From Octopus sinensis (taxonomy: Eukaryota): a stretch of 64,000 nucleotides of DNA. The stretch lies in the NCBI RefSeq assembly GCF_006345805.1, contig NC_043023.1, positions 7,998,001 through 8,062,000 of the forward strand, in the 5' to 3' direction. Both the position numbers and the translations under genes were made by a program. The notes under the pieces were generated by a model. It ran no database searches. It had not been told where the DNA came from and saw nothing but the letters and a program-made list of their open reading frames with translations. Within the stretch, counting starts at the first letter, position 1; every line of letters begins with the position of its first letter. This document shows, piece after piece, positions 24,059 through 35,600 of this stretch.

Positions 24059-25515
24059 TTGCAGTATCACCCGGTGTTGCTTGGGTTTGTATCGACCCTT
24101 TAGAATTGGAATTTTTGAAAAGTAAAAATTTTGCATTATGCAACTTGTTATTCTCTTCAAGTGAACATTTTTCCAGTTGAAATACACCGAAAAAATGGTG
24201 ACACAGCAGTCAAAAATCGTAAAAAATAGGGATTTTCATAGAAAAAAAGCACCTTTTTGATGTAAATAATTTTTGGTGTTAACATGGTCCGATTTGAATT
24301 TTATCTTCTACAGAATGAAGAGCAAGCCTTCTTCTATCATACTCTCAACTTTGATAGTGTTTGTTGAAGGCTACCAAAACTGCCACACACAGACAACTTC
24401 AGCTTCATGTATATAGATTTGCTACACACTACTTTCCATCCTTAATAATGAAACTTGGTAGATCTAAAAGTTAAACACACAGACACACAAGTTAAGTTTT
24501 ATATATATAGATTTCAGGGGAGAGTTTCAGGGAGTCGCTGGCGATGTATCGTGATGATCAAAAATCCGGCCCGCTAAAATTTGGTTAAAGTGATTCAAAC
24601 TGCAGACTCAACGCAAAATTGTCACATTTAATTCAAAGCGTTAAAAATGTTACGAAAACAATTGGTGTGTTCACAAAGTCCAAACGATTAATAGGAAAAA
24701 ACCCTCCTGGCTGCATCCCGAAAATTCATATCTTTGCCGAATTTCTACAATATTTACGGTGATCTGTTTTTATATCTTGATTTTTTTTTTTTCAGGCAAT
24801 TTATGCATGCTTGCACGCCCAAGTGAACACAGTTCACGTCAAACAGCTGAATGAGTAAAGTTCACTATTCAATGCATGGGATTATTGATTTTTGCACTTG
24901 TGAGATGAATTTCGGAATGGAAATAGCGCAGTTCAATTTTCATTTGCCTAAACTTTAAGTGACCCATTTTTGATAATTCTACGATTTGTTGGCTAGGAGT
25001 AGCTGTGCCTGGAAGTTAAACACACAGAAACACACAAGTTGAGTTTTATATATATAGATATATCATCATCATCATCATCCAATGAAAAAAAAATATAATT
25101 CCAATGATACCGAGGGGTGGGGGCGCCCCACTTTTTCCAAGCAAAAATAAGGAGTTTGCAGCACATTGCGAGATCAGGGTACTTGATTCCATGCAAAAAA
25201 TCTGAGTTTTTTTTTTGTTTCTCTTTATGAAAATCTTGTGGGTGAAAATATCAAAATTTACCCGAAATTCTTCTGGACTCCAACTTCTCCCCAAAGAATT
25301 GTGACAACAAATTCGTATGTAATCATAATCTATACCATCTCAAAAGTATTATCATCATAAACTACCTCATCAGTCATGGAAAATTACCGTTAATCTACCA
25401 AATCCTCATCGTTATCATTTAACGTCCACTTTCCATGCTAGCATGGGTTGGACGATTTGACTGAGGTCTGGCGAACCAGACTCCAATATCATCTGGCAGA
25501 GTTTCTACAGCTGGT
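17347..25515 (+). repeat. Segmental duplication, copy 2
   Basis: Colinear with 1-7575. It lacks the equivalent of 3879-4118 and has extra insertions at ~24050-25050. Confidence 0.95.
21720..23300 (+). CDS. C2H2 zinc-finger protein (type A3), 17 fingers plus a truncated 18th
   Basis: Intact fingers, with the same leader and the same HQCRIETI broken end as A1. ATG at 21720; acceptor CAG ends at 21375. Confidence 0.92.
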   Translation: MTNYPVIMNNLTEPKNPDTREKPYFCDVCGKSFSQRTYLTIHKRIHTGEKPYHCDICGKSFSENGTLTQHKRIHTGEKPYHCDICGKTFSQSYHLTDHRRVHTGEEPYLCDICGKSFSCNSHLTRHKRIHTGEKPHHCDICGKTFSQSYHLTKHLRVHTGEKPYHCDICGKSFSCNSHLTRHKRIHTGEKPHHCDICGKTFSQSYHLTKHLRVHTGEKPHHCDICGESFSENGSLTKHIRIHTGEKPYHCDICGKSFSENSTLTQHKRIHTGEKPYHCDICGKSFSCNSHLTVHKRIHTGEKPHHCKICGKSFIESGQLNKHKHVHTGEKPYHCDICGKSFSCSGHLSDHKRIHTGEKPYHCDICGKSFSCSSHLSDHKRIHTGEKPYHCDICGKSFSRNSQLVNHKRIHTGEKPFHCKICGKSFIENGTLTKHKRVHTGEKPYHCDICGKTFSRSGHLSDHKRIHTGEKPYHCDICGKTFSYSSQLCRHKRIHKGEKPYHCDICGKSFSESGILTKHQCRIETIL

Positions 25516-25817
25516 TGGCGTTAGGAAGGGCATCCAGCTGTAGAAACTCTGCCGGATCAGATTGGAGTCTGGTTTGCCAGACCTCAGTCAAATCGTCCAA
25601 CCCATGCTAGCATGGAAAGCGGACGTTAAATGATGATGATGATTTGGTAGATTAACGGTAATTAAAAATTTTCCATGACTACATTTGTGATGTGGTAGAT
25701 TATGATGATAATACTCTTTAGATGGTTTAGATTACGATTACATAGGAATTTGTTGTCACAATTTTTTTGGGAGAAGTTTGAGTCCAGAAGAATTTTGGGT
25801 AAATTTTGATATTTTCA
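25243..25817. repeat. Inverted repeat with ~270-bp arms and a 19-nt loop
   Basis: 25243-25514 is the reverse complement of 25534-25817. Confidence 0.9.
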
Positions 25818-28800
25818 GGGAAATGAGGGGAGGGGAATTGATTGTTTCCCCGTAATACCTGGTACTACTTAAGAAGAGTGGTCCCGGTGCGCATACTCGT
25901 GCATCCGTGCTTGCTAGTTGTGACTGGTCGATCCTTTGTGTTTTATTTACTTCGTTTTAAAATTGGCGATCTTTCGGTATACGTACACACACGACGCACA
26001 CACAGACACAAAACATATTCAGTTCTACCACATCATATCCCCAAATGTACATTGCTTTTATTTCTCTCAGCTGTAGCAGTTGACAACAGATTAATGTAGT
26101 GAAAAACTGTGTATATCAACAGGAATGCAAGTCCCATAAATAAATTATTTAAACTATAAATCGACGTCGTTCATTTGTTTATTTCGAAGGCATCCACATC
26201 CGTTCACCTCACCATATTCCGATACACCGTAACCATTACAGATTGTCAAGCGATGGTGGGGCACAAATACACACACTACGGGCTTCTTTCAGTTTCCATC
26301 TACGAAATCCACTCACAAGGCTTTCGTTGGCCCTAGGCTGTTGTACATGACACTTCCACAAGCTGTTATGCAGTGAGACTGAACCAAGAACTATATGGAT
26401 GTGAAGCAAGATTCTTACCCCACAGCCACACTGAGAAAATTCTTTCGGTTTACGAACATTTCAGATGAGAAAAGGTCTTCAGGAAAGATGAAAATTTGTA
26501 AACTAAGGTTCACTGTATAGTTATCTAACCCGCTATTTCTAGCGGATCGGGAGACCACATAAACGTTCTGTGTGTGTGCTGATCAGTACAGATGATATAT
26601 CGCCCCTGTAGGCCTTTGACTGGCCAAAATAACAGAACTTTTAGCTTGTAACTTTATAATTCATTTCTAGAAAATAATCTTCAGCATTTCAAAACAACAT
26701 TTCTCTTTTTAAATAATAATCTGACGAAATTCGAGATGTAAGAAAGTCTATATCTACTATTAAACATGATGATAACGAAAATTTTACATTTGATCAAATT
26801 TTAAAATACCACAGTATCATTATATTAAAAATGATCTACTATCTTAGATGTTTCAGTGGGAATTGGGGATAAATTTAAGTCACGTAACTTTAATTTAATT
26901 CTTTTTTATTCTATTCTAAATAATCTTCGTTCTGTTTCGTTTTTGGGTTTGGTTTGCTAGATTCTTTATATGAGTTCGTGTGTTGAAGCATATTTTGTTG
27001 TGTCTAGGGAGAGTAATTCTCTTTTAGTGCTTTATAATTTATAACACACACTGGTAAATATCTTTTATGTTTTATTTCTGTATGTAAGCATTTAGATATG
27101 TAAATAAACAGATCAATATACAAATGGATAGGTATATAGACTATATGAACAGACACGGATCCACACATATAAAGATACACATCCATACATACAAACATGG
27201 TACATAGTTACACAACACACACACACACACAGATATGCACACACAAGGAGACAGAGGTGCATACATATACAAACACATGCTCACACACACATAGGATCTT
27301 TTCCTTTTGAACGGCACACAATTTCTAGTTAACTAAACACTTTAAAACTTCGTATACTGGTAGAATGTGTCAAAATAAAACATTTTTTTATCCTTTTTTG
27401 GATCTTTTCCTTTTGATGGACGGAATTTTCTAGTTAACTAAAAAAATTGAAACATCGTATACTGGTAGAATGTGTCAAAAGAAAACATTATTGAAAACAA
27501 AATTGTAATTTGTTTGTTTAACGTAGTTTAATTTTTCGAATTTTAACCAATCCTATGCTCTCTTTTGAGCTAAAATCATTTGCTGCGTCTAAAACTGAGA
27601 CAACATCCGGTAACTAACCCTAAACCTAACCCTAAATTTTTTTCTCAATTGTTAAATTAATTTAATTGCTACGCGTGTAAAAAAAACGAAAGCAATCGAA
27701 AATAATTTAAACAATTGACAAACAAAATAATTCAAGAGAAAAAGATGTTTCATAAACACATTCTACCAATATACGAAGTTTAAAAACTCCTTAGTTACCT
27801 AGAAATTATGTTACAAAGTGTCGTTCAAAAGGAAAAGATCCCACACATACATAGGAAATACACAAACACGGACAGGCAAGCACATAAATATGCAGGATAG
27901 GTACATACTGATGCACACACATATATACATATGCATACACACACATATATACATACATACACATGCAAACACATACGTACATACATATGCATGCACACAC
28001 ATATACATACATACACATGCAAACAAACATGCACATACGTACATACATATGCAAACACACACATACGTACATACATGCATGTATAGGCACACACACACAT
28101 ACTGACCCACACGCATGCGCACAAACAAACAAAAGGGAACGCAGTGTAAATAACGGACAGAGTCAAAACTATTGAAAAGGTTGCGAGACGAAACGAAAAT
28201 TTTAGAAAATAAAAATAAGAAATAAGTGGAAATTTTACCGGTGAGTGTGTTAAATAATAAGGCACTAAAAGAGAATGACTCTCCCCAGACACAACAGAAT
28301 CTTCGTTCTGTTTTGACTAGAAACCGATCCTTCGTTTCCCCATTCCAGTTCTAGTTTTGCATCTGTTCTTATAATTCCCATTCATAAAACATAATTTTGT
28401 CCAGATAATCTTTACAGTACATGGATAAAAAAAACTAACTCTGTATTATATTTTTAAATGTAATTTGAAACTATTAAAAAGGAAAAAAATCAAATCGGTA
28501 ACATTATTTCTGTAAACAACAAACGATTGATGACACCAATATGCACAAGCTCCAGATAGTTATTTCGTTTCGTTCTTTGCCGTGTCGATTTTTTGAAATG
28601 CTTCAAGATTTAAATTGCTCTGAGATCGCCTCTTAAAATCAATTAAAGATATTTCACATTAAACCCCGATTTCTGTAAAACACCAGGTAAGATATTAATA
28701 TATATGTCGGTTAAGTTGGAATCTCTGAATGCTTTGCTTTTTTTATGTGTATGAAATACACCGTAATTAATTCAGTTTAATTGATTATGGTAGTCCCATA

Positions 28801-28855
28801 AAATGAGGATTAATTAGTAAAATAAGGTGAATGTAACATGCTGGGTACTACTAAC

Positions 28856-29079
28856 GAACAGTGGTCTCGGTGCGAGCACTCACGTACTCGTGCATCCGCG
28901 CTAGCTAGTCATGACTAGTCTATCCTTTGGGTTTTTGTGTGTTATTTACTTTGTGTAAAAAAAATAATTTATTTTGTGTTTTATTTACTTTGCTAGGTAG
29001 TCGTTGTAGGATCGACTAGTCACGACTAGCTAGCGCGGATGCTCGACTACGCGAGTGCGCGCACCAGGACCACTGTTCT
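28856..29079. mobile_element. MITE family 2 (~70-bp GC-rich TIRs)
   Basis: gaacagtggtctcggtgcg…cgcaccaggaccactgttc. Copies at 37414-37630, inside 46333-46926, and a half copy at ~25870. Confidence 0.8.
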
Positions 29080-29246
29080 CAAGTTTGTGTGTAGTCCGTT
29101 CCGTTTTGTATGGGAGGTCGTTATTCCTCTTGCAAATTGTGTCCGTTAAAAGTTGTGTATTGTTTTATTGTAGCGATTATCGCTAGCCACGTATTTGTCG
29201 GCTATTTGTGTTGCCAAAGAGGACTACATTCGTAGATATGTTGCAT

Positions 29247-29575
29247 AGGAGTGGCTGTGTGGTAAGTAGCTTGCTTACCAACCAAATGGTTCCGGGTTCA
29301 GTCCCACTGTGTGGTACCTTGGGCAAGTGTCTTCTATAGCCTCGGGTCGTATATATGTGTATATATATGTTTTTGTGTCTGTGTTTGTCCCCCTAGCATT
29401 GCTTGACAACTGATGGTGGTGTTTTTACGTCCCGTCACTTAGCGGTTCGGCAAAAGAGACCGATAGAATAAGTACTGGGCTTCCAAACAATAAGTCCTGG
29501 GTCGATTTGCTCGACTAAAGGCGGTGCTCCAGCATAGCCACAGTCAAATGACTGAAACGCGTTAAGGAGTAAGGA
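29247..29575 (+). mobile_element. SINE family 1
   Basis: Same head and body as 9090-9465. Confidence 0.8.
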
Positions 29576-29589
29576 AATTTGGGTGTAGC

Positions 29590-29880
29590 ACAGTTGTGTA
29601 GGTATGCCAGTCTTTCAATGCTTCAATGAACTCCGACCCTTGCGAACATTGACATTAAACGGATGACAGTATTGATGTTGTGAAATTTGCAATGTTGAAT
29701 TATTATGTCACTTAACTATTCTCTTTATCTCACTGTTTCTTTTCCTCTTTCAGAATATCACATCTTGTCGTTCAGATGTGACTTTTGATTTTTTATGGAC
29801 TTTCATCAACTAAAGGAAGACGATATATTTATAAGGAGCCTTCATCAATACATCATCGTTTTTATATTGATATAATCTAT
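29590..29880 (+). pseudogene. Orphan intron end and leader of a type-B ZNF gene (no finger array)
   Basis: Near-identical to ~12640-12950, including the acceptor CAG at 29751-29753. It breaks off at ~29880 into the upstream region of the next gene. Confidence 0.75.
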
Positions 29881-30564
29881 AAATCTGTAAATTATTAATT
29901 AAGGTGCTTAATTACTAATCACTGACTCGTTGCTTGTATCTGAATACGGTAAGTTGATTTTCTTTAAGGCTGTAATGATAATAATAATAATAATAATGTA
30001 AATTATAGAATTATGTGACCCTCTCGATGTTACAGTAATTATTTGGAAGGCATAACAATAAGGAAATGTATTTGCTCGTCTTAATTAACTTCCGAAGTGA
30101 AATGTTAATTTGTTGTTTATGAAAACCTATTCTCAACAGTTACATGTGATATAAAGTAAATTAATTAGTAAAATGAAAGTATTGTGGTATAATTAATTAG
30201 TATAATCCAGAGTAATGTAGCATAATTAATTTGTAAAATGAGAGGACTATCATTTTACTATGGTTAATGTGATGAAGGCTGTCACATTAATAAACGTTGT
30301 CCTGTTGTTTATGAGGCACTGATTAATCGGTAAGTTGGCGAGGATTTCTTTTAAGGTTATACTAATAATAGTAATGATGATGATCGTTTCAAATTTTGCC
30401 AGTCGAATACATAGAACTCAGTATTTCCCAAAAGGGATGAAAGGCAAAGTCGACGTCGGCCGTATTTGAAGTGAGGACTTTCCGCTGAGGTCGACTTCGA
30501 CTTTCGTTCGCTTTGGGTGCATAAAATAATAATGGTGATGATGATATCAATTTTTAGTACTTTA

Positions 30565-31140
30565 AAGGCGGCAAGCTGGCGGAAACGTTGGCACGCAGGG
30601 CAGAATGCTTAGCGGTATTTCGCCTCCCGTTACGTTCCGAGTTCAAATTCCGCCGAGGTCGACTTTGCCTTTCATCCTTTCGGGGTCAATAAATTAAGTA
30701 CCAGTTGTTGACTGGGGTCGATATAATCGACTTAATCCGTTTGTTTGTCCCCTCTATGCTTAGCCCCTTGTGGGCAGTAAATAAATAAGAAACGGTATTT
30801 CGTGTGTCTTTACGTTCTGAGTTCAAATTCCGCCTACGTCGACTTTGCCTTTCATACTTTCATGGTCAATAAATTAAGTACCAGTTGTTGACTGGGGTCG
30901 ATATAATCGACTTAATCCGTTTGTTTGTCCCCTCTATGCTTAGCCCCTTGTGGGCAGTAAATAAATAAGAAACGGTATTTCGTGTGTCTTTACGTTCTGA
31001 GTTCAAATTCCGCCTACGTCGACTTTGCCTTTCATACTTTCATGGTCAATAAATTAAGTACCAGTTGTTGACTGGGGTCGATCTGATCGACTGGCTCCCG
31101 CCGCAAAAATTTCTGGCCTTGTACCTAGAGTAGAAAAGAA
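30565..31140 (+). mobile_element. tRNA-derived SINE family 2 (Nin/Deu-like core), with a 180-bp tandem triplication
   Basis: B-box gagttcaaattcc and core gcctttcatcctttcggggtcaataaattaagtaccag; tacgtt at 30631, 30811 and 30991. The domain assignment is from memory. Confidence 0.7.
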
Positions 31141-31684
31141 TGTTTAGTACATGAGACACAATGTCTGAAATTTGGCGGGAGAGTGTAGGTCGATTCAATG
31201 GAACCCAGCGCTCTACTGCTTCTTCTTCTTCTTTACCTTACTGCTTCTTTTTCTATTTCAGAATATCACTTCATGTTGACATGAAAGAAATTTCTTCATT
31301 CAGATGTACCTCTGGTATTTTTATTGACTTTCATGGATCAAAGGAAGACCATATTTTTATAAGGCACGTTCATCAATACTTCAACCTCTTTATATGAATA
31401 AAATCTTCATCAAACGATGGGAAAATATTTCTTCTGGACAATGCAATTAACAACAATATTTTTTTGCCTTCACTGTCTGGAATGTCGAGGAGATAATCAA
31501 TTTACAGATTAATTAAGCGTTGATAACTTTTCAAATGAGTTAGCAGTTTACATCTTGTGTTTTAGATATTCAGTAAGATCACAGATGAAAGAATTGTAGC
31601 ATTAAATTATTCTCTGAAAATAGTGACACAACTGAACACAACCATATTCATGGAAATGAAAAAAACACTATCATTGTGATATGT

Positions 31685-32890
31685 ATGAAAAATTATTCTC
31701 TCATAATGAATCATTTTACTAAACGAAAATACCCTGAAGTAAGAGAGCCATATCACTGTGATATCTGTGGTAATTCATTCACTGAAGAAAGAGTCTTAGC
31801 TAAACACAAGTGCATTGATATAGGAGAGAAACCACATCACTGTGATGTCTGTGGTAAATCATTCTCTCAAAGTGGTTCTTTGACTTGTCACAAGCGTATT
31901 CATACTGGGGAAAAGCCATGTCATACAGGAAAGAAGCCGTATCATTGTAATATCTGTGGTAAATCATTTTCTCATTGTGGTAACTTGACTAAACACAAAC
32001 GTACACATACAGGAGAGAAGCCATATCGTTGTAATATCTGTTGTAAATGTTTCTTTCGAAGTGATACCTTAACTAAACACAAAGCTACACATACAGGAGA
32101 AAAACCATATCAGTGTGATATCTGTGGTAAATCATTTTCTCATTGTGATAACTTGACTACACACAAACGTATTCATACAGGAGAGAAACCATATCATTGT
32201 GATATCTGTGGTAAATCATTTCCCCAACATTGTCAATTGACTAATCACAAACGTATTCATACTGGGGAAAAACCATACGTGTGTGATATCTGTGGTAAAT
32301 CATTTTCTGTAAATGGAACGTTAACTCGTCACAAACGTATTCATACAGGAGAAAAACCATATCAGTGTGATATCTGTGGTAAATCTTTTTCTCAAAGTGG
32401 TGACTTGCCTAAACATAAACGTACTCATACTGGGGAGAAGCCATTTTATTGTAATATCTGTGGTAAATCATTTTCTGGAAGTAGTGACTTGATTATACAC
32501 ATACGTATTCATACAGGAGAGAAGCCATATCATTGTGATATCTGTGGTAAATCATTTTCTGGAAGTAGTGACTTGATTAAACACAAACGTATTCATACAG
32601 GAGATATTAAACACAAATGTAGTCATACACGTGAGGAGCCGTATCATTGTAATATTTGTGATAAATCATTCTCTTCAAATAGCTATTTGATTAGTCACAC
32701 GCGTATTCATACTGAAGAAAACTCATATCTGTGTGATATTTGTGGTAAATCATTTTCTCACAACAAGACTTTAAATAATCACAGACGTATCCATACAGGT
32801 GAAAGACCATATCATTGCGACATCTGTGGTGAGTCATTCTCTCAAAAAGGCCACTTAAGTACACATGTGAATATTCATACAAAAGTGTAA
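31685..32890 (+). CDS. C2H2 zinc-finger protein (type C1), 13 finger units
   Basis: The first unit lacks its last His; there are two in-frame linker scars; C-terminus HVNIHTKV*. ATG at 31685; acceptor CAG ends at 31261; AATAAA at 33129. Confidence 0.9.
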   Translation: MKNYSLIMNHFTKRKYPEVREPYHCDICGNSFTEERVLAKHKCIDIGEKPHHCDVCGKSFSQSGSLTCHKRIHTGEKPCHTGKKPYHCNICGKSFSHCGNLTKHKRTHTGEKPYRCNICCKCFFRSDTLTKHKATHTGEKPYQCDICGKSFSHCDNLTTHKRIHTGEKPYHCDICGKSFPQHCQLTNHKRIHTGEKPYVCDICGKSFSVNGTLTRHKRIHTGEKPYQCDICGKSFSQSGDLPKHKRTHTGEKPFYCNICGKSFSGSSDLIIHIRIHTGEKPYHCDICGKSFSGSSDLIKHKRIHTGDIKHKCSHTREEPYHCNICDKSFSSNSYLISHTRIHTEENSYLCDICGKSFSHNKTLNNHRRIHTGERPYHCDICGESFSQKGHLSTHVNIHTKV

Positions 32891-33559
32891 CTGTATCTGT
32901 ATCAAAATTTATTACAACAGGACAACAATTACGAAAATTTTGTCTGTTAAAAGACTGGATTTATTCCTATTCAAGTTTGACCTCATCAACTTTAATTTCA
33001 TCATTAGCAATTTGATATTAACGAACCCCAACTTCAATATCATGTATGTATTTAAATATATCAACCTAGCGGTCACTTTGATCTCTTGTAGTGTTTGTGT
33101 TGAATTTTTGAGGAATTTGTTATAAGAGAATAAAGGAATGGGAATAATGAATAAAAGTTTTAAGTGACATTGATATTGTCTTTGTTGTGCTTTCTTCCTC
33201 CTCCTCCTCATCATCATCCTTTAACTTTTTCTATGCAGGATCAGGTGGGAAAGTGTTACAAGGGCTGTCAAGCCAGAGTACTGTTCCAGATTGCAGTCAG
33301 ATTTGGGTTTTTTTTCTTTGGCTCTATGCCCTTAAGATACATGGTGTATTTTATAAATATGCCTGTTCATGTATCATAACAGCATGAAACTAGTAGTAGC
33401 TCTGTCGGTTATGTATTTAATTTGATATGTGTGTTTCTGAACACAGTGACAGTCTGATGACTAAAATAAGTGTATACAAATCTCGTATTTTGAGTGTATT
33501 CATGTCTGGGGCAGAAGCGTGGACTCCCTTTTACAGGGAAATAAAAAAATCTTGAAACT

Positions 33560-33900
33560 TTTCACATGTGCTGTTTGTGCAACAAAATAGCAAGATAAGA
33601 CATCAAATGTCAAAACCTTAGAAATATGTGGTATGTCCAGCATCCAAAGCGTGTTGATGAGAATTCAGTGCAGATGGTTAGGACATGTTTTTCAAAGGAA
33701 AAATGGCTGCATTAAAAAAAATTCTTCTTTATGGCCAAAAAATGGAGGGATATCATGGCAGAGGAAGACCTGTCCTTAGGTATAAGGATAGGCTGAAGCA
33801 ATCAATAAAATCTCTAGAGTTTGATTTGACTGCCTGGATCCACTTCCATGGTGTCAAATTTCTGGCTCTAGGCAAATGGTGTAAATCTGATTTAGCTGTA
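33560..33900 (+). mobile_element. Old RTE 3' relic shared by the C1 and C2 downstream regions
   Basis: QCRWLGHVF…KKILLYGQ…GRGRPVLRYKDRLKQSIK. A paralog at ~40480-41050 is split by a SINE. Confidence 0.7.
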
Positions 33901-34517
33901 TTTACACCATTTCTCTTCAACAATAAATTTTCTCCATGACAAAACACTGTGAATGGGTTGTGTAAGAGTTTGAACCTGGCACTGACATTCTTAGAATGGT
34001 AATAACATTTTACTTATAAACATCACTGCTTAGTTCTCCTACCTTGTTTAAAAAGTAAAACACCAAGGGAGGGCCAGGGATTGTGCACCTGTGTATACAC
34101 AATATATACTGACATATACATTTTTACTAAAGTAAATGCAGATTTCTCCTTCCAGTTATGCATACATCCATAAATACCTCACTGAATCCACAATGTGTCA
34201 TCAAAGTCAAACTGGACTACATTCACTGCATGCATTCCACTTGGATTACAGACTTGAAATCCGACGAATGGAAGTTTCCAAGTTAGGCAAAGAATAATTA
34301 ATAACAAAGATGGGCTTTAGTCCAGTACTGCTGTTTCTGACATATTCTTTACTGATTAAGAAAAGCGTAACATCCTGCAAAAGAACCGTTTTAATCAGGT
34401 GAATAAAGGTAAGAATTAAAAATCAGAACTTCCCAAAAAACTGAACATGGTCCCAGATAGCTCAACTGACTTGATTCCGCCAGGAGAGTGACCAGGTTCT
34501 GCCTTACTAAGTTTATA

Positions 34518-34977
34518 TTAACCCTTTTGATACCAACCCGGCTGAAACCGGCTCTGGCAATGAGTACAAATGTCTTGTTTTCATAAGTTTTGAATTAAAA
34601 TCTTCCACGAAACCTTAGTCACAATTTATGTTCCTATCACTAGCTTAATGATAACAAAGTTATTTTACTAAATTCTGTGTTATATTTAAAATTAATTGAA
34701 AGGAACACAGAGCATCTCAACAAAAGGGTTAAAGTCACCATGATATTTCTAACCGTTTTGATATAAATCCGGCTGAAGCCACCTTTGGCTCTGTAGTATA
34801 AATGTCTTATTTTCAAAAATTCTGCATTATAATCTTCCACTAAACCTTAGTCACAATTTATGTTCCTATCACTAGCTGAATGATAACTAAGTTATTTTAC
34901 TAAACTCTTTGTTATATTTAAAATGATTGAAAGAAACACAGAGCATCTCAAAATAAATACAGTAACGAAAGGGTTAA
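34518..34977. mobile_element. Two adjacent piggyBac-type MITEs
   Basis: TTAAcccttt…aaagggTTAA at 34518-34732 and a related copy at 34749-34977. Confidence 0.7.
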
Positions 34978-35109
34978 AGAGCTCTTTAAAAGGGTCACCA
35001 GAATGTGGGGGTAGGTAGGGGATGGGGCAGATGGAGAGAGAAATGAAAGGGAAGCAGTGATATTTGAGCTCATAAAGGGCTGTAGGGTAAAACAAAGGGT
35101 TGTAAACAA

Positions 35110-35600
35110 ATCGTTGAAAAGTTGGATTAGCAAGAGGTTATCCATTGATGCGACACACTCTTGGGGAAAGGTATACCTTGCAATGGTGGGTGGCGCCATG
35201 GAAAGAAATCAGGGTGGTAATGCTGCAGATGTGCTGCAATCAGTGTGTTTGGAATGGGGGCTTGTAGATGAGTTATTAATGGAGAATAGTACAGCTTTTT
35301 GCACCATCGTTCAATCAAATTTAAGGCTGAGAGGCAACGAATCTACCGCATGGAGGCAGTCTTCGAGTTCGTTCCACAGACAGCCATATTCTGGTACAAA
35401 TGGGGACACTGCAGCAGCTGGAGGTGGAAGGGGTTACATTGGTACAGGCCATAGACAAAGTTGGGTGAAGCCCCCAAATGCGTGCATGGGACATTCCCAA
35501 TCACTGATAACAGATGATATGCACACAGAAATGTTGCCATGGGTAGCTATTAAGTTGGTCTGCCGAGAAGGGCCATCCGGTTAGGTAGGAGAAGGATCTG
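35110..35600 (+). mobile_element. LTR-retrotransposon (Gypsy-like) integrase relic, paralog of 9905-10335
   Basis: KRLSIDATHSWGKVYLAMV…VCLEWGLVDELLMENSTAF (D…D-type core). Its 3' DNA resembles 10150-10335. Confidence 0.6.

Noticed and set aside
28235-28250. CCG|GTGAGT as a ZNF splice donor (also at 37140)
   Set aside because: It lies within a dispersed repeat whose fragments also occur inverted at ~26940 and ~36430, so its recurrence does not imply splicing.
27806-28292. ORFs rich in C/V/Y/M or H/T/I
   Set aside because: They are translations of (CA)/(TA) microsatellites; likewise 23883-24187 and 43930-44872.
35057-35584. Intact 175-aa gene
   Set aside because: It starts at GTG and is a patchwork of integrase remnants drifting between frames; treated as an LTR relic.
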